Assembly: GCA_038063735.1 (NCBI GenBank)
Contig: JBBTUN010000009.1
Coordinates: 12,491 to 76,490 of the forward strand
DNA from: Patescibacteria group bacterium
GTDB taxonomy: Bacteria; Patescibacteriota; Microgenomatia; Curtissbacterales; GWA2-41-24
Direction of reading: 5' to 3'
DNA: 64,000 bases
Both the position numbers and the translations under genes were made by a program. Positions 27,715 to 36,764 of the stretch are shown piece by piece. The number at the start of each line of letters is the position of its first letter. The first letter of the stretch is position 1. The notes below the pieces were generated by a model, which ran no database searches, had not been told where the DNA came from, and saw nothing but the letters and a program-made list of their open reading frames with translations.

Positions 27715-28473
27715 ATGAAACTAAAATTAAAAAAGATCGCCCATGGGCATTTAAAGCTTTTTGCGCGCCATTTCAAAAAGGCGTCTAAAAAGGTTGTACT
27801 GCAAAATGCCTATAGCAGGCTCATTCGTAGATACGCACGAATGGAGGCTGGGCTCGCTATTAAAAAAGGTCTTGTGCAGGCTAAGTTTCAATTCAAAATA
27901 AGGCCAAGGCTAAAACTGGCGATTGTGGTACTTTTGGTGCTGGTTTTGGCACAATTCGGCTCAGAGTATGCTTCCGGCTATCTCCATTCGAAAGAGAATG
28001 AAATTAAAGTTAACGGCCAGCCTATACTTGTTGCCGCAAAAAGTGCCGATTCACAGAAATCTGAGGCAGATGTTGAGATATCAGCTGTTGTTTCCGCTCG
28101 TATTTCTCCCTTTGACTACAAATACCCGGTCGAAAATGGCCGAATAAGCCAAGGTTATTCGAGTTACCATAGGGCGTACGATATTGCCACTGCCTTGGGT
28201 AACGAAATAACACCTATTGGTAGCGGTATTGTGGAATATGCGGGATTTGTGCCTGATGGCAAAGGTAACATTGTAATTGTCGACCACGGTGATGGTTTGA
28301 AATCGATTTATGCTCATATGGGCAAAATCGACGTTGGCTTAGGTAATATGGTTAATGGTAAAAGTGGACTTGGTACCGTCGGACTTACGGGGCATACCAC
28401 GGGTCCGCACGTTCATTTAGAGCTATATGACAAAGGTGTTGCTGTTAATCCCGGAAGCGTTCTGCCCCGTTAA
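27715..28473 (+). CDS. M23 family metallopeptidase
   Basis: H.AYD, YAHM and TGPHVH motifs; N-terminal TM. Confidence 0.92.
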   Translation: MKLKLKKIAHGHLKLFARHFKKASKKVVLQNAYSRLIRRYARMEAGLAIKKGLVQAKFQFKIRPRLKLAIVVLLVLVLAQFGSEYASGYLHSKENEIKVNGQPILVAAKSADSQKSEADVEISAVVSARISPFDYKYPVENGRISQGYSSYHRAYDIATALGNEITPIGSGIVEYAGFVPDGKGNIVIVDHGDGLKSIYAHMGKIDVGLGNMVNGKSGLGTVGLTGHTTGPHVHLELYDKGVAVNPGSVLPR

Positions 28474-29078
28474 GAGGAAAGTGTTCTTAGCTTAAAATCT
28501 TCCTTTGGCTCCTCTTCACCAGAAGCATTCCAGCCTTCTTCGATTTTTTCGGTTAATTCTTCGATCATTATCTTAAACTCAAGCGGATTTCCAATGTTTT
28601 CTATAACAATTTCTCTTTGGTCAAAGCCTGCAGTAATAATTACCAGGTCCCCAGTATTGAATAAGAATCTCTGAAAAAATGATTGCTCCACGGTTACGTG
28701 GGTGATTGCAGTGAGCGGCGCAGTTACTATTTTTCTTGAAAAAATTCCCCGCACTATTAGAAACCTGCGATTTGTTAAGGCATAGACAAAGGATTGGCGA
28801 AGCCTTATTAGGCGTGAATATTTTGGAGTAAAGTAAATGAGAAGAAAAAGTGGTATTACCCCAAAATATTTAAGATAAGAATAATTTGGTATCTCTATAA
28901 CACCAAAAAACATGAAGATCGCAATATAGGTAAATATTAGGGGAATAACAAGCATAAAGAGCAAATTTAGATAGAAAAAACGTTTTCCTATTCCAGTAAC
29001 ATAAACAACTTGTTCTCCACTTGACAATAATTTGGATAACCTTTTTTTCTGGGATTTTGTAGGGGGTTTGGCTATCAT
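28470..29078 (-). CDS. Bacterial PH-domain membrane protein
   Basis: Two TMs, then Y.LTNRR....GI.......PL..I..V...QS..QR.....GD..I.TAG. Confidence 0.85.
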   Translation of the reverse strand: MIAKPPTKSQKKRLSKLLSSGEQVVYVTGIGKRFFYLNLLFMLVIPLIFTYIAIFMFFGVIEIPNYSYLKYFGVIPLFLLIYFTPKYSRLIRLRQSFVYALTNRRFLIVRGIFSRKIVTAPLTAITHVTVEQSFFQRFLFNTGDLVIITAGFDQREIVIENIGNPLEFKIMIEELTEKIEEGWNASGEEEPKEDFKLRTLSS

Positions 29079-29150
29079 TATTTTTAAGTATAAGGTAGAC
29101 GTTTGACATTTGCCAATTTTGAGTACAACAATTGAATATCACACTGCCTT

Positions 29151-29819
29151 ATGGATGAATCAGCTAGCGGAAGCATTTTTTCTAAAATCGTCGGGGCAAT
29201 TTTTGTACTGGCCGTTTTGGACTTAATGTTTATTAATTGGTGGCTGTTAAAAAAAAGCGACGCTGCCAATGTTAGCTTTTTGCCGCCTAGCGCAAGTCCC
29301 CAAGTTCTAAATAGCCCACTACCTCAACCTTCGCCATCCCCACCGGATGTTGAGGCCAAAAAAGAGGGCGCCAAGTTGAGCGATAGCGCGAAGGTGACAA
29401 CCACAAACCCACCGCTTGCGTCGCCAACACCTACAGTTGTTGTTCAAACACCAAACAAGGAGATTTTCGTACCGATGGGTACGGGACAAACAAAAAGTGG
29501 CACATTTGCGGATCTAAATGGCGTTGAAATTGGCATAGACACTACTAAATACTCCGGTATAGATTACATTGTTTTTGAGGGGTCCATTTGGGTTGATGGG
29601 GGCAACGGACGTGCCTGGGCGCAAATTAGAAATGTTGAGGATAATAACCCCCTAATTGAAAGCCAGATTTCTAACCCAACACTTACTCCCCTGCTTAAAA
29701 CATCAGGGAAAATACCACTGCCTTCCGGCTACAGAACGTATCGTGTGCAGGCAAAAACAGATTTGACGGAATTTGCGGCGCATGTTGAGAATGCACATCT
29801 GAAGATAGTGCTTAAGTAG
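29151..29819 (+). CDS. Membrane-anchored hypothetical protein
   Basis: TM, Pro/Ser linker, KEIFVPMG.G beta domain. Confidence 0.75.
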   Translation: MDESASGSIFSKIVGAIFVLAVLDLMFINWWLLKKSDAANVSFLPPSASPQVLNSPLPQPSPSPPDVEAKKEGAKLSDSAKVTTTNPPLASPTPTVVVQTPNKEIFVPMGTGQTKSGTFADLNGVEIGIDTTKYSGIDYIVFEGSIWVDGGNGRAWAQIRNVEDNNPLIESQISNPTLTPLLKTSGKIPLPSGYRTYRVQAKTDLTEFAAHVENAHLKIVLK

Positions 29820-29853
29820 ATGTGTGGCTGTGATAGAATTGGGTGATGTTAAA

Positions 29854-30120
29854 ATGATTGGTTCAAAATTTAGACAAGAGTTAATCAAGCAAATGATTAC
29901 GCTCTCTTCTGCCGGCTTTGGGGTTGTGGCGGCTCTTGCCTGGAATACGGCCATCCAGGCGTTTGTGGATGAGTACATTAACAAATACTTATCTGTCGGG
30001 TCCGGAATTTTATCCAAATTTATTTACGCCATTGTGATTACCGCCGTTGCGGTTCTTGTTACTTATCAGCTTACAAAAATGTTTAAGGTTGAAGACGAAA
30101 AGTCTAAGAGCGAAAAGTAA
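29854..30120 (+). CDS. Small membrane protein (DUF5654-like)
   Basis: AGFGVVAALAWN.AIQ and F.YAIV.T motifs; start set at ATG 29854. Confidence 0.75.
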   Translation: MIGSKFRQELIKQMITLSSAGFGVVAALAWNTAIQAFVDEYINKYLSVGSGILSKFIYAIVITAVAVLVTYQLTKMFKVEDEKSKSEK

Positions 30121-30364
30121 GACTACTGTTTTGCGCGGCTTGCATGGCTGCTGACTGTTCCAAGACTCTTGCAATATTTACCCCTGATTTGTCCAGTTGT
30201 TCAAGTCTTTCTCGTATTTCATCAGGTGTATTTAATATACCGCGTTGTTGGTCGCTGAATATTTGATTCCCAGCTCTTACTGCCAGATCTTCTTCCGGAG
30301 AAAGTGGTGCTAATTCTCGTTTAACTGCGCCAATGAACTTGGAAAGAAGCTCACAAGATGCCAT
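30104..30364 (-). CDS. Hypothetical protein
   Basis: 86-aa ORF between the DUF5654-like gene and groEL; TACAAT just before the ATG. Confidence 0.55.
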   Translation of the reverse strand: MASCELLSKFIGAVKRELAPLSPEEDLAVRAGNQIFSDQQRGILNTPDEIRERLEQLDKSGVNIARVLEQSAAMQAAQNSSLTFRS

Positions 30365-30424
30365 AAGGCATTGTACATCTCGTTTTTAATGAAAACAATC
30401 GTTTGTTTTGGTTTGGGGAACTAT

Positions 30425-32050
30425 TTAATATTCGCCCATGCCGCCGGGTGGCATCATTGGAGCTTTTTCCTTTTCGGGAAGATCGGTAATTAGTGCCTCT
30501 GTGGTTAGAATCATCATAGCAACAGATGATGCGTTTTGAAGAGCAGAGCGGGTAACCTTTACAGGATCAATAACGCCTGCTGTTACCAAATCTTCAAATT
30601 TTTCATTTGCAGCATTAAGCCCAACGTTACCGGTTGCTTTTTCTACTTCTTTTACAACCCATCCTGCGTCTAGCCCGCAATTTTCAGCCAGCTTTGCAAG
30701 AGGTTTGGTAAGCGCAGCTTTGACAATTTCGACTCCGATTCGCTCATCAACATCAGTTGCTGCGGTGATCATTTTATCCAAGACTTTGCTTGCGCGAACC
30801 AATGCTACTCCACCTCCAACTACGTAACCTTCTTCGACTGCCGCTTTGGTGGCATGGACCGCATCGTCTACTCTTTCCTTCTTTTCTTTAAGTTCAACCT
30901 CCGTGGCTGCACCAACATTAATGACTGCTACCCCACCGGAAAGTTTGGCAAGTCTTTCTTCGAGTTTTTCGCGGTCGAAGTCGCTGTCAGTTGTATCAAG
31001 TTCATTTTTGATTTGCTTGATTCTGCCATCTATTGCATTTTTTGTGCCTTTTCCGCCAACTATAATTGTGTTTTCTTTATCGGAAATGACCTGGTCGGCT
31101 TTACCTAAGTCGTCAACTGTAACAGACTCCAGTTTTCTTCCTAAATCTTCCGAGATGACATTTCCACCAGTCAAGACTGCGATATCTTCTAACATTTCTT
31201 TGCGGCGGTCACCAAAACCCGGAGCTTTAATTGCCAAAACGTTGAATGTGCTTCTGAGCTTGTTAACGACAAGGGTTGCCAGCGCTTCGCCTTCTACTTC
31301 GTCGGCGATAATAACCAAGTTTTTACTGATCTTGACAAAATTTTCCAGGAAAGCCAGAAGGTCGTTTAAGGAAGCTATTTTTTGGTCGGTTATTAATATG
31401 TGAGCGTCATCTATAATTGCTTTCATTTTGTCCGCGTCTGTCACAAAGTAAGGAGATATGTATCCCCTGTCAAACTCCATACCCTCTTTTGTGTCAACGG
31501 ATGTTTCCAGGCCTTTTGATTCTTCGACTGTAACTACGCCGTCGGGTCCGACTTTGTCGAGAGCTTCTGCAATCATTTTGCCGATTGTGGCGTCAGCGGC
31601 ACTAATCGTTGCGATCTTTTCGATTTCACCGTGGTCTGCGACTTTTTTGGCTGTTCTTTTGAGTTCTGCAACAACAGCTTCGGTGGCTTTTTCTACTCCC
31701 CGTTTTAAAACCATGGGGTTTGAGCCTGCTGTGACATTTTTGAGACCTTGGTCGACTATGGCTTGGGCAAGAACAGTGGCAGTTGTGGTGCCGTCCCCTG
31801 CTACGTCATTGGTTTTGCTTGCCGCTTCACGAACGAGCGATGCGCCCATATTTTCGAATGGGTCTTCAAGTTCAATTTCTTTAGCAACACTAACGCCGTC
31901 GTGGATTACGTTTGGGGCCCCCCACTTCTTGTCTAATGCGACATTTCTACCTTTAGGACCCAGAGTAGTTGCAACAGCCATGGCCAATTTGTCTACACCG
32001 CTTTTTAGCTTTGTTCGTGCTTCTTCTGCGTATAAAAGTTGTTTTGCCAT
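30425..32050 (-). CDS. groEL: Chaperonin GroEL
   Basis: [18 protein letters not shown] and KLSGGVAVI motifs; GGM tail. Confidence 0.99.
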   Translation of the reverse strand: MAKQLLYAEEARTKLKSGVDKLAMAVATTLGPKGRNVALDKKWGAPNVIHDGVSVAKEIELEDPFENMGASLVREAASKTNDVAGDGTTTATVLAQAIVDQGLKNVTAGSNPMVLKRGVEKATEAVVAELKRTAKKVADHGEIEKIATISAADATIGKMIAEALDKVGPDGVVTVEESKGLETSVDTKEGMEFDRGYISPYFVTDADKMKAIIDDAHILITDQKIASLNDLLAFLENFVKISKNLVIIADEVEGEALATLVVNKLRSTFNVLAIKAPGFGDRRKEMLEDIAVLTGGNVISEDLGRKLESVTVDDLGKADQVISDKENTIIVGGKGTKNAIDGRIKQIKNELDTTDSDFDREKLEERLAKLSGGVAVINVGAATEVELKEKKERVDDAVHATKAAVEEGYVVGGGVALVRASKVLDKMITAATDVDERIGVEIVKAALTKPLAKLAENCGLDAGWVVKEVEKATGNVGLNAANEKFEDLVTAGVIDPVKVTRSALQNASSVAMMILTTEALITDLPEKEKAPMMPPGGMGEY

Positions 32051-32086
32051 AAATTAGTTGATTGTTGATAGTTGATGGTTCATAGC

Positions 32087-32371
32087 TTACTTGGTGATAA
32101 TTGCCATTAAATCATCGAATTTAATGAGCATCATTTCTTTGCCTTCGACTTTAAGTTCGTTGCCGCCCCATTTTTTGTAAATGACCTTGTCCCCTACTTT
32201 GACCGGACATTTGACGGTTTTGCCATCTTCGACCAAATCATCACCCGCGGCTATGACTTTTCCTTCTTGAGGTTTTTCTTCCGCTGATTCCGGAAGTAGT
32301 ATTCCGGACGCGGTTTTAGTTTCTTTTGGTGCGGGTTCTATTAGTACGTATCCTGCTAATGGTTTGATCAT
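32087..32371 (-). CDS. groES: Co-chaperonin GroES
   Basis: KPL..., TASGILLP and VKVGDKV; upstream of groEL. Confidence 0.98.
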   Translation of the reverse strand: MIKPLAGYVLIEPAPKETKTASGILLPESAEEKPQEGKVIAAGDDLVEDGKTVKCPVKVGDKVIYKKWGGNELKVEGKEMMLIKFDDLMAIITK

Positions 32372-32432
32372 AAAGTTAATCGTTAATGGTAAATAGATTT
32401 GGACAGACCTTACTCTATTTGGGCAAAAATCA

Positions 32433-32459
32433 CAAGCAGTTATTGCTTGCGACTGCTAG
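32433..32459 (-). promoter_or_regulatory. CIRCE-like inverted repeat
   Basis: CTAGCAGTC-N9-AACTGCTTG directly after the -10 of the groES promoter; resembles TTAGCACTC-N9-GAGTGCTAA. Confidence 0.65.
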
Positions 32460-32460
32460 T

Positions 32461-32488
32461 ATTATAGCTTTGATTTTTTGTTTGTCAA
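32461..32488 (-). promoter_or_regulatory. Sigma70 promoter of groESL
   Basis: TTGACA-16 bp-TATAAT. Confidence 0.8.
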
Positions 32489-32513
32489 GAGGTCTGCTAA
32501 ACACAGAGATTTT

Positions 32514-33734
32514 TTATTTGGCTTGCTTAGGCACAATGACTGCTGCGGTTATTACGGCGCCAATGCCGGGTGCGCAGATTAGAAACGGCTGGCGGGGGTT
32601 GAGTTTTCCGGTTCTTGCCAGATGCTCCCAAATAACCAGTGTTGTTGCCGAACTGCTGTTAGAGCGTCCAATTTCTCCCAGTAAAAAATCGGGGATATTC
32701 AAGTTTGCCAGATTTGGATATTTCCCCACTCTATTTTGTATGCCTTCGTTTACCTTCAAGCTTGGCTGATGCATAACGACTTGTCTGACATCAACTTTTT
32801 TTGCCTGGGCGCATTCAACCACTTTTTGAATAACCTCTGCAGTTGCCCTTATAAAAAAAGTGGCAGTTTTTATACCGTCCATCTCGGCCGGAAGGTCACT
32901 TTCGGGATCTTCTATTTTGATAAAAAATCCTTTTTCCGAGACCGAACTAATGTCTATTCCGCTTTCTGAAAAAATATAGTGAGCCGGAATTACATCGTCT
33001 GACGGCGGCAAGCCATAATCCGTATGAAAGCGAATGGGTGCTCCGTCGTATACTATGTGGGTTCTTGCCGAAACCACTTCAAAATCAGCCGGATTGTAAG
33101 CAATTATTGCGTAATCGTCACCAAAAATTGTAGGTATGCCCATGTTTTTTAGTGTAAGCTGGCCATCTGATGTGTGCTGGCTTAATGGTTCCAGTGCGCA
33201 GACTACAACATTTTTATCTCTTGCTTCCGGGTCAAGAAGAGAATCGTCAAAAGCGGTGGCTGCACCGGCGCAGGCAACCCGATATGGCCTTGTGATTACC
33301 GTGGCCGGATCGATGTTTGCCTGATCTAACATGAGCTCGGCAACTTCCGGAGAAAGCGAGGCGGAAGTATCAAAAAGATAGTCGATGTGATCCCAACCTT
33401 GTCGCTGCATAGCTTCACGGACTAATTCGGCTCCGATGGCCGCTGTTCTTTCAAGAACCCTGGCTGGGTCGCGAGTTAATTCAGTTGACGAGTACCTGGT
33501 AGACATACCTGTTGCATCTATAAATTTGCCTATAGACTTGGGCAGTTCAGCTTCTTCAATTGAGCCTGGTGTTGCACGTGAGTTTCTGAGAATTTTGTCT
33601 GTAAGAGTGGCGTTATCAAGTTTGTAACCAGAAACTTGGCTGGCAAGAGTTGCCGGACCAAAATTTACGACAGTTTGCCTTTCAACAAACTCTGGTCCCA
33701 CGGTAGGAAATGCGTGTTGCGCTTCCGGTGTCAT
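32514..33734 (-). CDS. Thiolase-fold condensing enzyme (FabH / type III polyketide synthase-like)
   Basis: Cys-His-Asn triad context: VACAGA, MHQPS, SNSSSAT; also TGM.TRY and IFGDD; start set at ATG 33734. Confidence 0.75.
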   Translation of the reverse strand: MTPEAQHAFPTVGPEFVERQTVVNFGPATLASQVSGYKLDNATLTDKILRNSRATPGSIEEAELPKSIGKFIDATGMSTRYSSTELTRDPARVLERTAAIGAELVREAMQRQGWDHIDYLFDTSASLSPEVAELMLDQANIDPATVITRPYRVACAGAATAFDDSLLDPEARDKNVVVCALEPLSQHTSDGQLTLKNMGIPTIFGDDYAIIAYNPADFEVVSARTHIVYDGAPIRFHTDYGLPPSDDVIPAHYIFSESGIDISSVSEKGFFIKIEDPESDLPAEMDGIKTATFFIRATAEVIQKVVECAQAKKVDVRQVVMHQPSLKVNEGIQNRVGKYPNLANLNIPDFLLGEIGRSNSSSATTLVIWEHLARTGKLNPRQPFLICAPGIGAVITAAVIVPKQAK

Positions 33735-33762
33735 GCTATTTCTTGGATAATGATACCAAAAA

Positions 33763-35385
33763 TTACTTTTTCGTCTTTGCAACTGCCGCCATAAAGGCTA
33801 TGTACAGAGGGTGTGGGGCAAGGGGGCGGGATTTTAATTCGGGATGAAACTGGACTCCGACAAAAAACGGGTGGTCTTTGAGCTCAATTGCTTCTACTAA
33901 ATGATCGTCTTTAGTAGTTGCGGAAATTATCATTCCTTTTGCTTCAAATTTTTGACGATATTCATTATTAAATTCGTACCTGTGACGGTGACGATCGGCA
34001 CCGGTTGTTGATTTGTAAGCTTTTTCAAATTTTGTGCCTTTTTTGGCTTTCCACTCCCAACTACCAAGCCTTTGAGTGCCTCCCAAATTGTGATATTTAA
34101 GGAGTTCTTTTTGGCTTTCCATTTCGTGAATAATAGGATTTTTTGTTTTGGGGTCAATTTCTGTGGTGTTGGCATCTTTTAAGCCTAAAACGTTTCTGGC
34201 AAATTCAATGGCTGCTTGTTGCAAACCATAACAAAGACCAAAATATGGAATCTTGTTTTCGCGCGCAAACTTGATCGATTCTACTATCCCCTCTACTGCC
34301 CGAGAGCCGTAGCCTCCAGGTACAATGATGCCGTCGAAACCATTGAGCATATCTGTGCCTTCCTTTTCTATAGTTGCCGAATCAATCCAAGCCATTTTAG
34401 GCTTAATATCAAAGTGCGACGATGCATGGCGAATAGATTCAATTACGGACAGATATGCGTCGGCCAGGGTAAAGTCGCCAGTTGAGAAATACTTACCTAC
34501 CATGGCAATTTTTGCTGTTTTTTTGGCGGTTAATGTTGTGTTGACCATAACTTTCCAAGAGGCCAGGTCGCTGGTTCTGGGTTTTGTACCCAATTTATTT
34601 AATATTTTTTCGGAAAGATTCTGATTTTCAAAGTTAAGTGGAACCTGGTAAATACTCTCAACATCGGGAGCAGAAATTATGCCCAGAGGGTCTATCCCAC
34701 AGGCAATGGCTATTTTTTCTTTTCTTTTTTCGTCGACTGCAACCTGAGAACGCGCCAAAACAAAATCGGCATGGATGCCGGCTTGGGCCAGCTGCTGAAT
34801 GGACATTTGAGCGGGTTTACTCTTCATCTCCCCTATTGAAGACGGAATTGGAAGATAAGTTAAGTGAATGTGCAGGATATCATTTGGATTTTGCAATTTC
34901 ATTAGACGGTTGGCTTCCAAAAAGAGTAGGTTTTGATACTCCCCTACTGTTCCGCCAATTTCCAAAAGAACAATTTCTGCTTTATTGGTTTTGGCGCAAT
35001 CTTCTATCCGCTTAATAATTTCTCTTGGCGGATCCTGGAAAAACTCCACGGTTTTACCTTCGTAGCCAAGCGCTCGTTCTTTTTCTATAATCGTTTTAAA
35101 AACCTGACCCGTGGTCATGTAGTTTGTAGAGTTTAAACTTTGGTTTAGGAAGCGTTCGTAGTTACCCAAATCCTGATCACATTCCATGCCATCATCCAGT
35201 ATGAATACTTCACCATGTTCAATTGGATTTAAAGTTCCGGCGTCGACGTTAAGGTAAGGGTCTGCCTTCATTGCTGTTACTCTGTAGCCACGGGATTTTA
35301 AGAGGAGGGCGATAGACGAGGTTGCAACACCTTTTCCTATTCCGGAGATAACTCCGCCTGATATAAAGATGACCTTAGTGTTCAT
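33763..35385 (-). CDS. pyrG: CTP synthase
   Basis: SGGVISGIGKG, DPYLNVDAGT, GLCYGLQ, RHRHRYE and QFHPE; start MNTKV at 35385. Confidence 0.98.
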   Translation of the reverse strand: MNTKVIFISGGVISGIGKGVATSSIALLLKSRGYRVTAMKADPYLNVDAGTLNPIEHGEVFILDDGMECDQDLGNYERFLNQSLNSTNYMTTGQVFKTIIEKERALGYEGKTVEFFQDPPREIIKRIEDCAKTNKAEIVLLEIGGTVGEYQNLLFLEANRLMKLQNPNDILHIHLTYLPIPSSIGEMKSKPAQMSIQQLAQAGIHADFVLARSQVAVDEKRKEKIAIACGIDPLGIISAPDVESIYQVPLNFENQNLSEKILNKLGTKPRTSDLASWKVMVNTTLTAKKTAKIAMVGKYFSTGDFTLADAYLSVIESIRHASSHFDIKPKMAWIDSATIEKEGTDMLNGFDGIIVPGGYGSRAVEGIVESIKFARENKIPYFGLCYGLQQAAIEFARNVLGLKDANTTEIDPKTKNPIIHEMESQKELLKYHNLGGTQRLGSWEWKAKKGTKFEKAYKSTTGADRHRHRYEFNNEYRQKFEAKGMIISATTKDDHLVEAIELKDHPFFVGVQFHPELKSRPLAPHPLYIAFMAAVAKTKK

Positions 35386-35477
35386 GAAAAAATCCCCTTT
35401 CGCTAAAGCTACAGGGGACTCGTGCACCCCCAGGGGTGCCCGCTATAATTGTCTCAAAAGAAGATCAATTTTGTCAA
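35386..35477 (-). promoter_or_regulatory. pyrG promoter and attenuator-like leader
   Basis: TTGACA-18 bp-GACAAT, predicted +1 GGGC, hairpin GCACCC/GGGTGC, then TCCCCT-N14-AGGGGA-TTTTTT-C-ATG. Confidence 0.65.
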
Positions 35478-35481
35478 GAAA

Positions 35482-35820
35482 TCAGCCTTGAGGAGGTTTT
35501 TTGGATTTAGGAATTGGAAGAGTTGCTGTTATCTCCGTCTGTGATCTTGCGCTGCGATCTTTTCTCTCAAATGCTTGATCCTCTTCTCCTTCGTGCCATA
35601 GTTCCTGCCGCAAAACAGTTATCTCACCTGGTGCGGAAATACCAATTTTAACTCGATCTCGCTCTACACCTAAAACACGTACAAGAATGTTTCCAGATAT
35701 CACTATGCCTTGATCTACTTTTCTTGTTAGGATAAGCATACCGTCTTCATCCTCGTGAAGTTTCTTTGCGGCATCCACAACTTTCGCCGGAATTGATTTC
35801 AATCCTTCTTTCACATTCAT
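35482..35820 (-). CDS. csrA: CsrA/RsmA-family RNA-binding protein with N-terminal extension
   Basis: MLILTRK....IVI...I.V.VL......VKIGI.AP....V.R.E from residue 28. Confidence 0.88.
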   Translation of the reverse strand: MNVKEGLKSIPAKVVDAAKKLHEDEDGMLILTRKVDQGIVISGNILVRVLGVERDRVKIGISAPGEITVLRQELWHEGEEDQAFERKDRSARSQTEITATLPIPKSKKPPQG

Positions 35821-35831
35821 AACAGATGAGA

Positions 35832-35860
35832 ATTTTACCCCTATAGGATACTATTGTCAA
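35832..35860 (-). promoter_or_regulatory. Sigma70 promoter of csrA
   Basis: TTGACA-17 bp-TAAAAT, 11 nt before ATG 35820. Confidence 0.75.
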
Positions 35861-36728
35861 TACGGACGTATACTTTGAATTTTTTTCTGTAGACATCCAG
35901 TACTTTTTTTTGGATATTCTTTGGATGGAAGAAAAGTTGAGTGTTCCCTATTTGCTCTATGGTTATTTTAGAACGCATGTAGTTTAGTTGGAAACTTTTT
36001 AGTAAGTTTTCGATAAGAGACAAGCAATAAGAGACAAGCAATATGTTTACGTGTGCTTTTTGCTTTTTGCTTTTTGCTTTTTGCTTTTCTGCCTTCCAAT
36101 TTGGCAGGTATTTATGGATCCAGTTGTTTGCCTTGACGAATTTTGCGTATGTGTTGTTTTTATCGTAGATTGGCTTTAATTGCGCTATTTCGTGGGCTGT
36201 GTACAGGTTTTCCTCACTGATTTTTAGATTTGCCTCATCTATAAAAATGTTGAGACAGGCTCTATTGTTTTGAAATTTTGAGCGCGGTGATCTTTTATAC
36301 GGAAGCAGAACAAGGTTTGCAAAGAATCTCGTCGTCCAGATTGTATTTTTAGCGGTGATAATTAGAAGGTCTATGTCATCGCTGGCTGTGCTGTTATTCA
36401 TGGACAAAGCGCCGGTTATGGCAACAAGATTGATTGTCGGGATCACTCTGAGTAGCTTTGAAAAGAATATTGCTTTAGCATATTTTTTCTTCGAGTATTT
36501 GTTTCTGGTTATTCTTTTTTTCACCAGGCCGTACCTTTTTTGCAGGAAAAAGTAGTTTTTTGTCTCCCCTATTTTATGTTCGGCTATGAGTATAGTGAGG
36601 GTTTTTGCTACTTGAGTTTTTGTCGCTTTATTTTCTACAAGGTAATTTTGTACTTCACCTGGAGTGAGAGGATAGTCAAAAATGTCACCATAGACAAGCG
36701 TTGCAAGAGTTGCCTGCTTTAAATTCAT
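35841..36728 (-). CDS. Nucleotidyltransferase-domain protein
   Basis: Y.DIFDYPLT N-terminus; TGALS.....DDIDL.II (GS...DxD variant); CLN and YTAHE. Confidence 0.8.
   Translation of the reverse strand: MNLKQATLATLVYGDIFDYPLTPGEVQNYLVENKATKTQVAKTLTILIAEHKIGETKNYFFLQKRYGLVKKRITRNKYSKKKYAKAIFFSKLLRVIPTINLVAITGALSMNNSTASDDIDLLIITAKNTIWTTRFFANLVLLPYKRSPRSKFQNNRACLNIFIDEANLKISEENLYTAHEIAQLKPIYDKNNTYAKFVKANNWIHKYLPNWKAEKQKAKSKKQKAHVNILLVSYCLSLIENLLKSFQLNYMRSKITIEQIGNTQLFFHPKNIQKKVLDVYRKKFKVYVRIDNSIL
36013..36088. repeat. In-gene tandem repeats (ATAAGAGACAAGCA)x2 and (TGCTTTT)x5
   Basis: Read directly; encode LLVSYCLSL and KQKAKSKKQKA on the minus strand. Confidence 0.9.
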
Positions 36729-36764
36729 GGAAGAAATATATAACAGAGCGGGTGCTATGTAAAC

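Noticed and set aside
30846-32057. 185-aa and 199-aa ORFs antisense to groEL
   Set aside because: Typical antisense shadows caused by codon bias.
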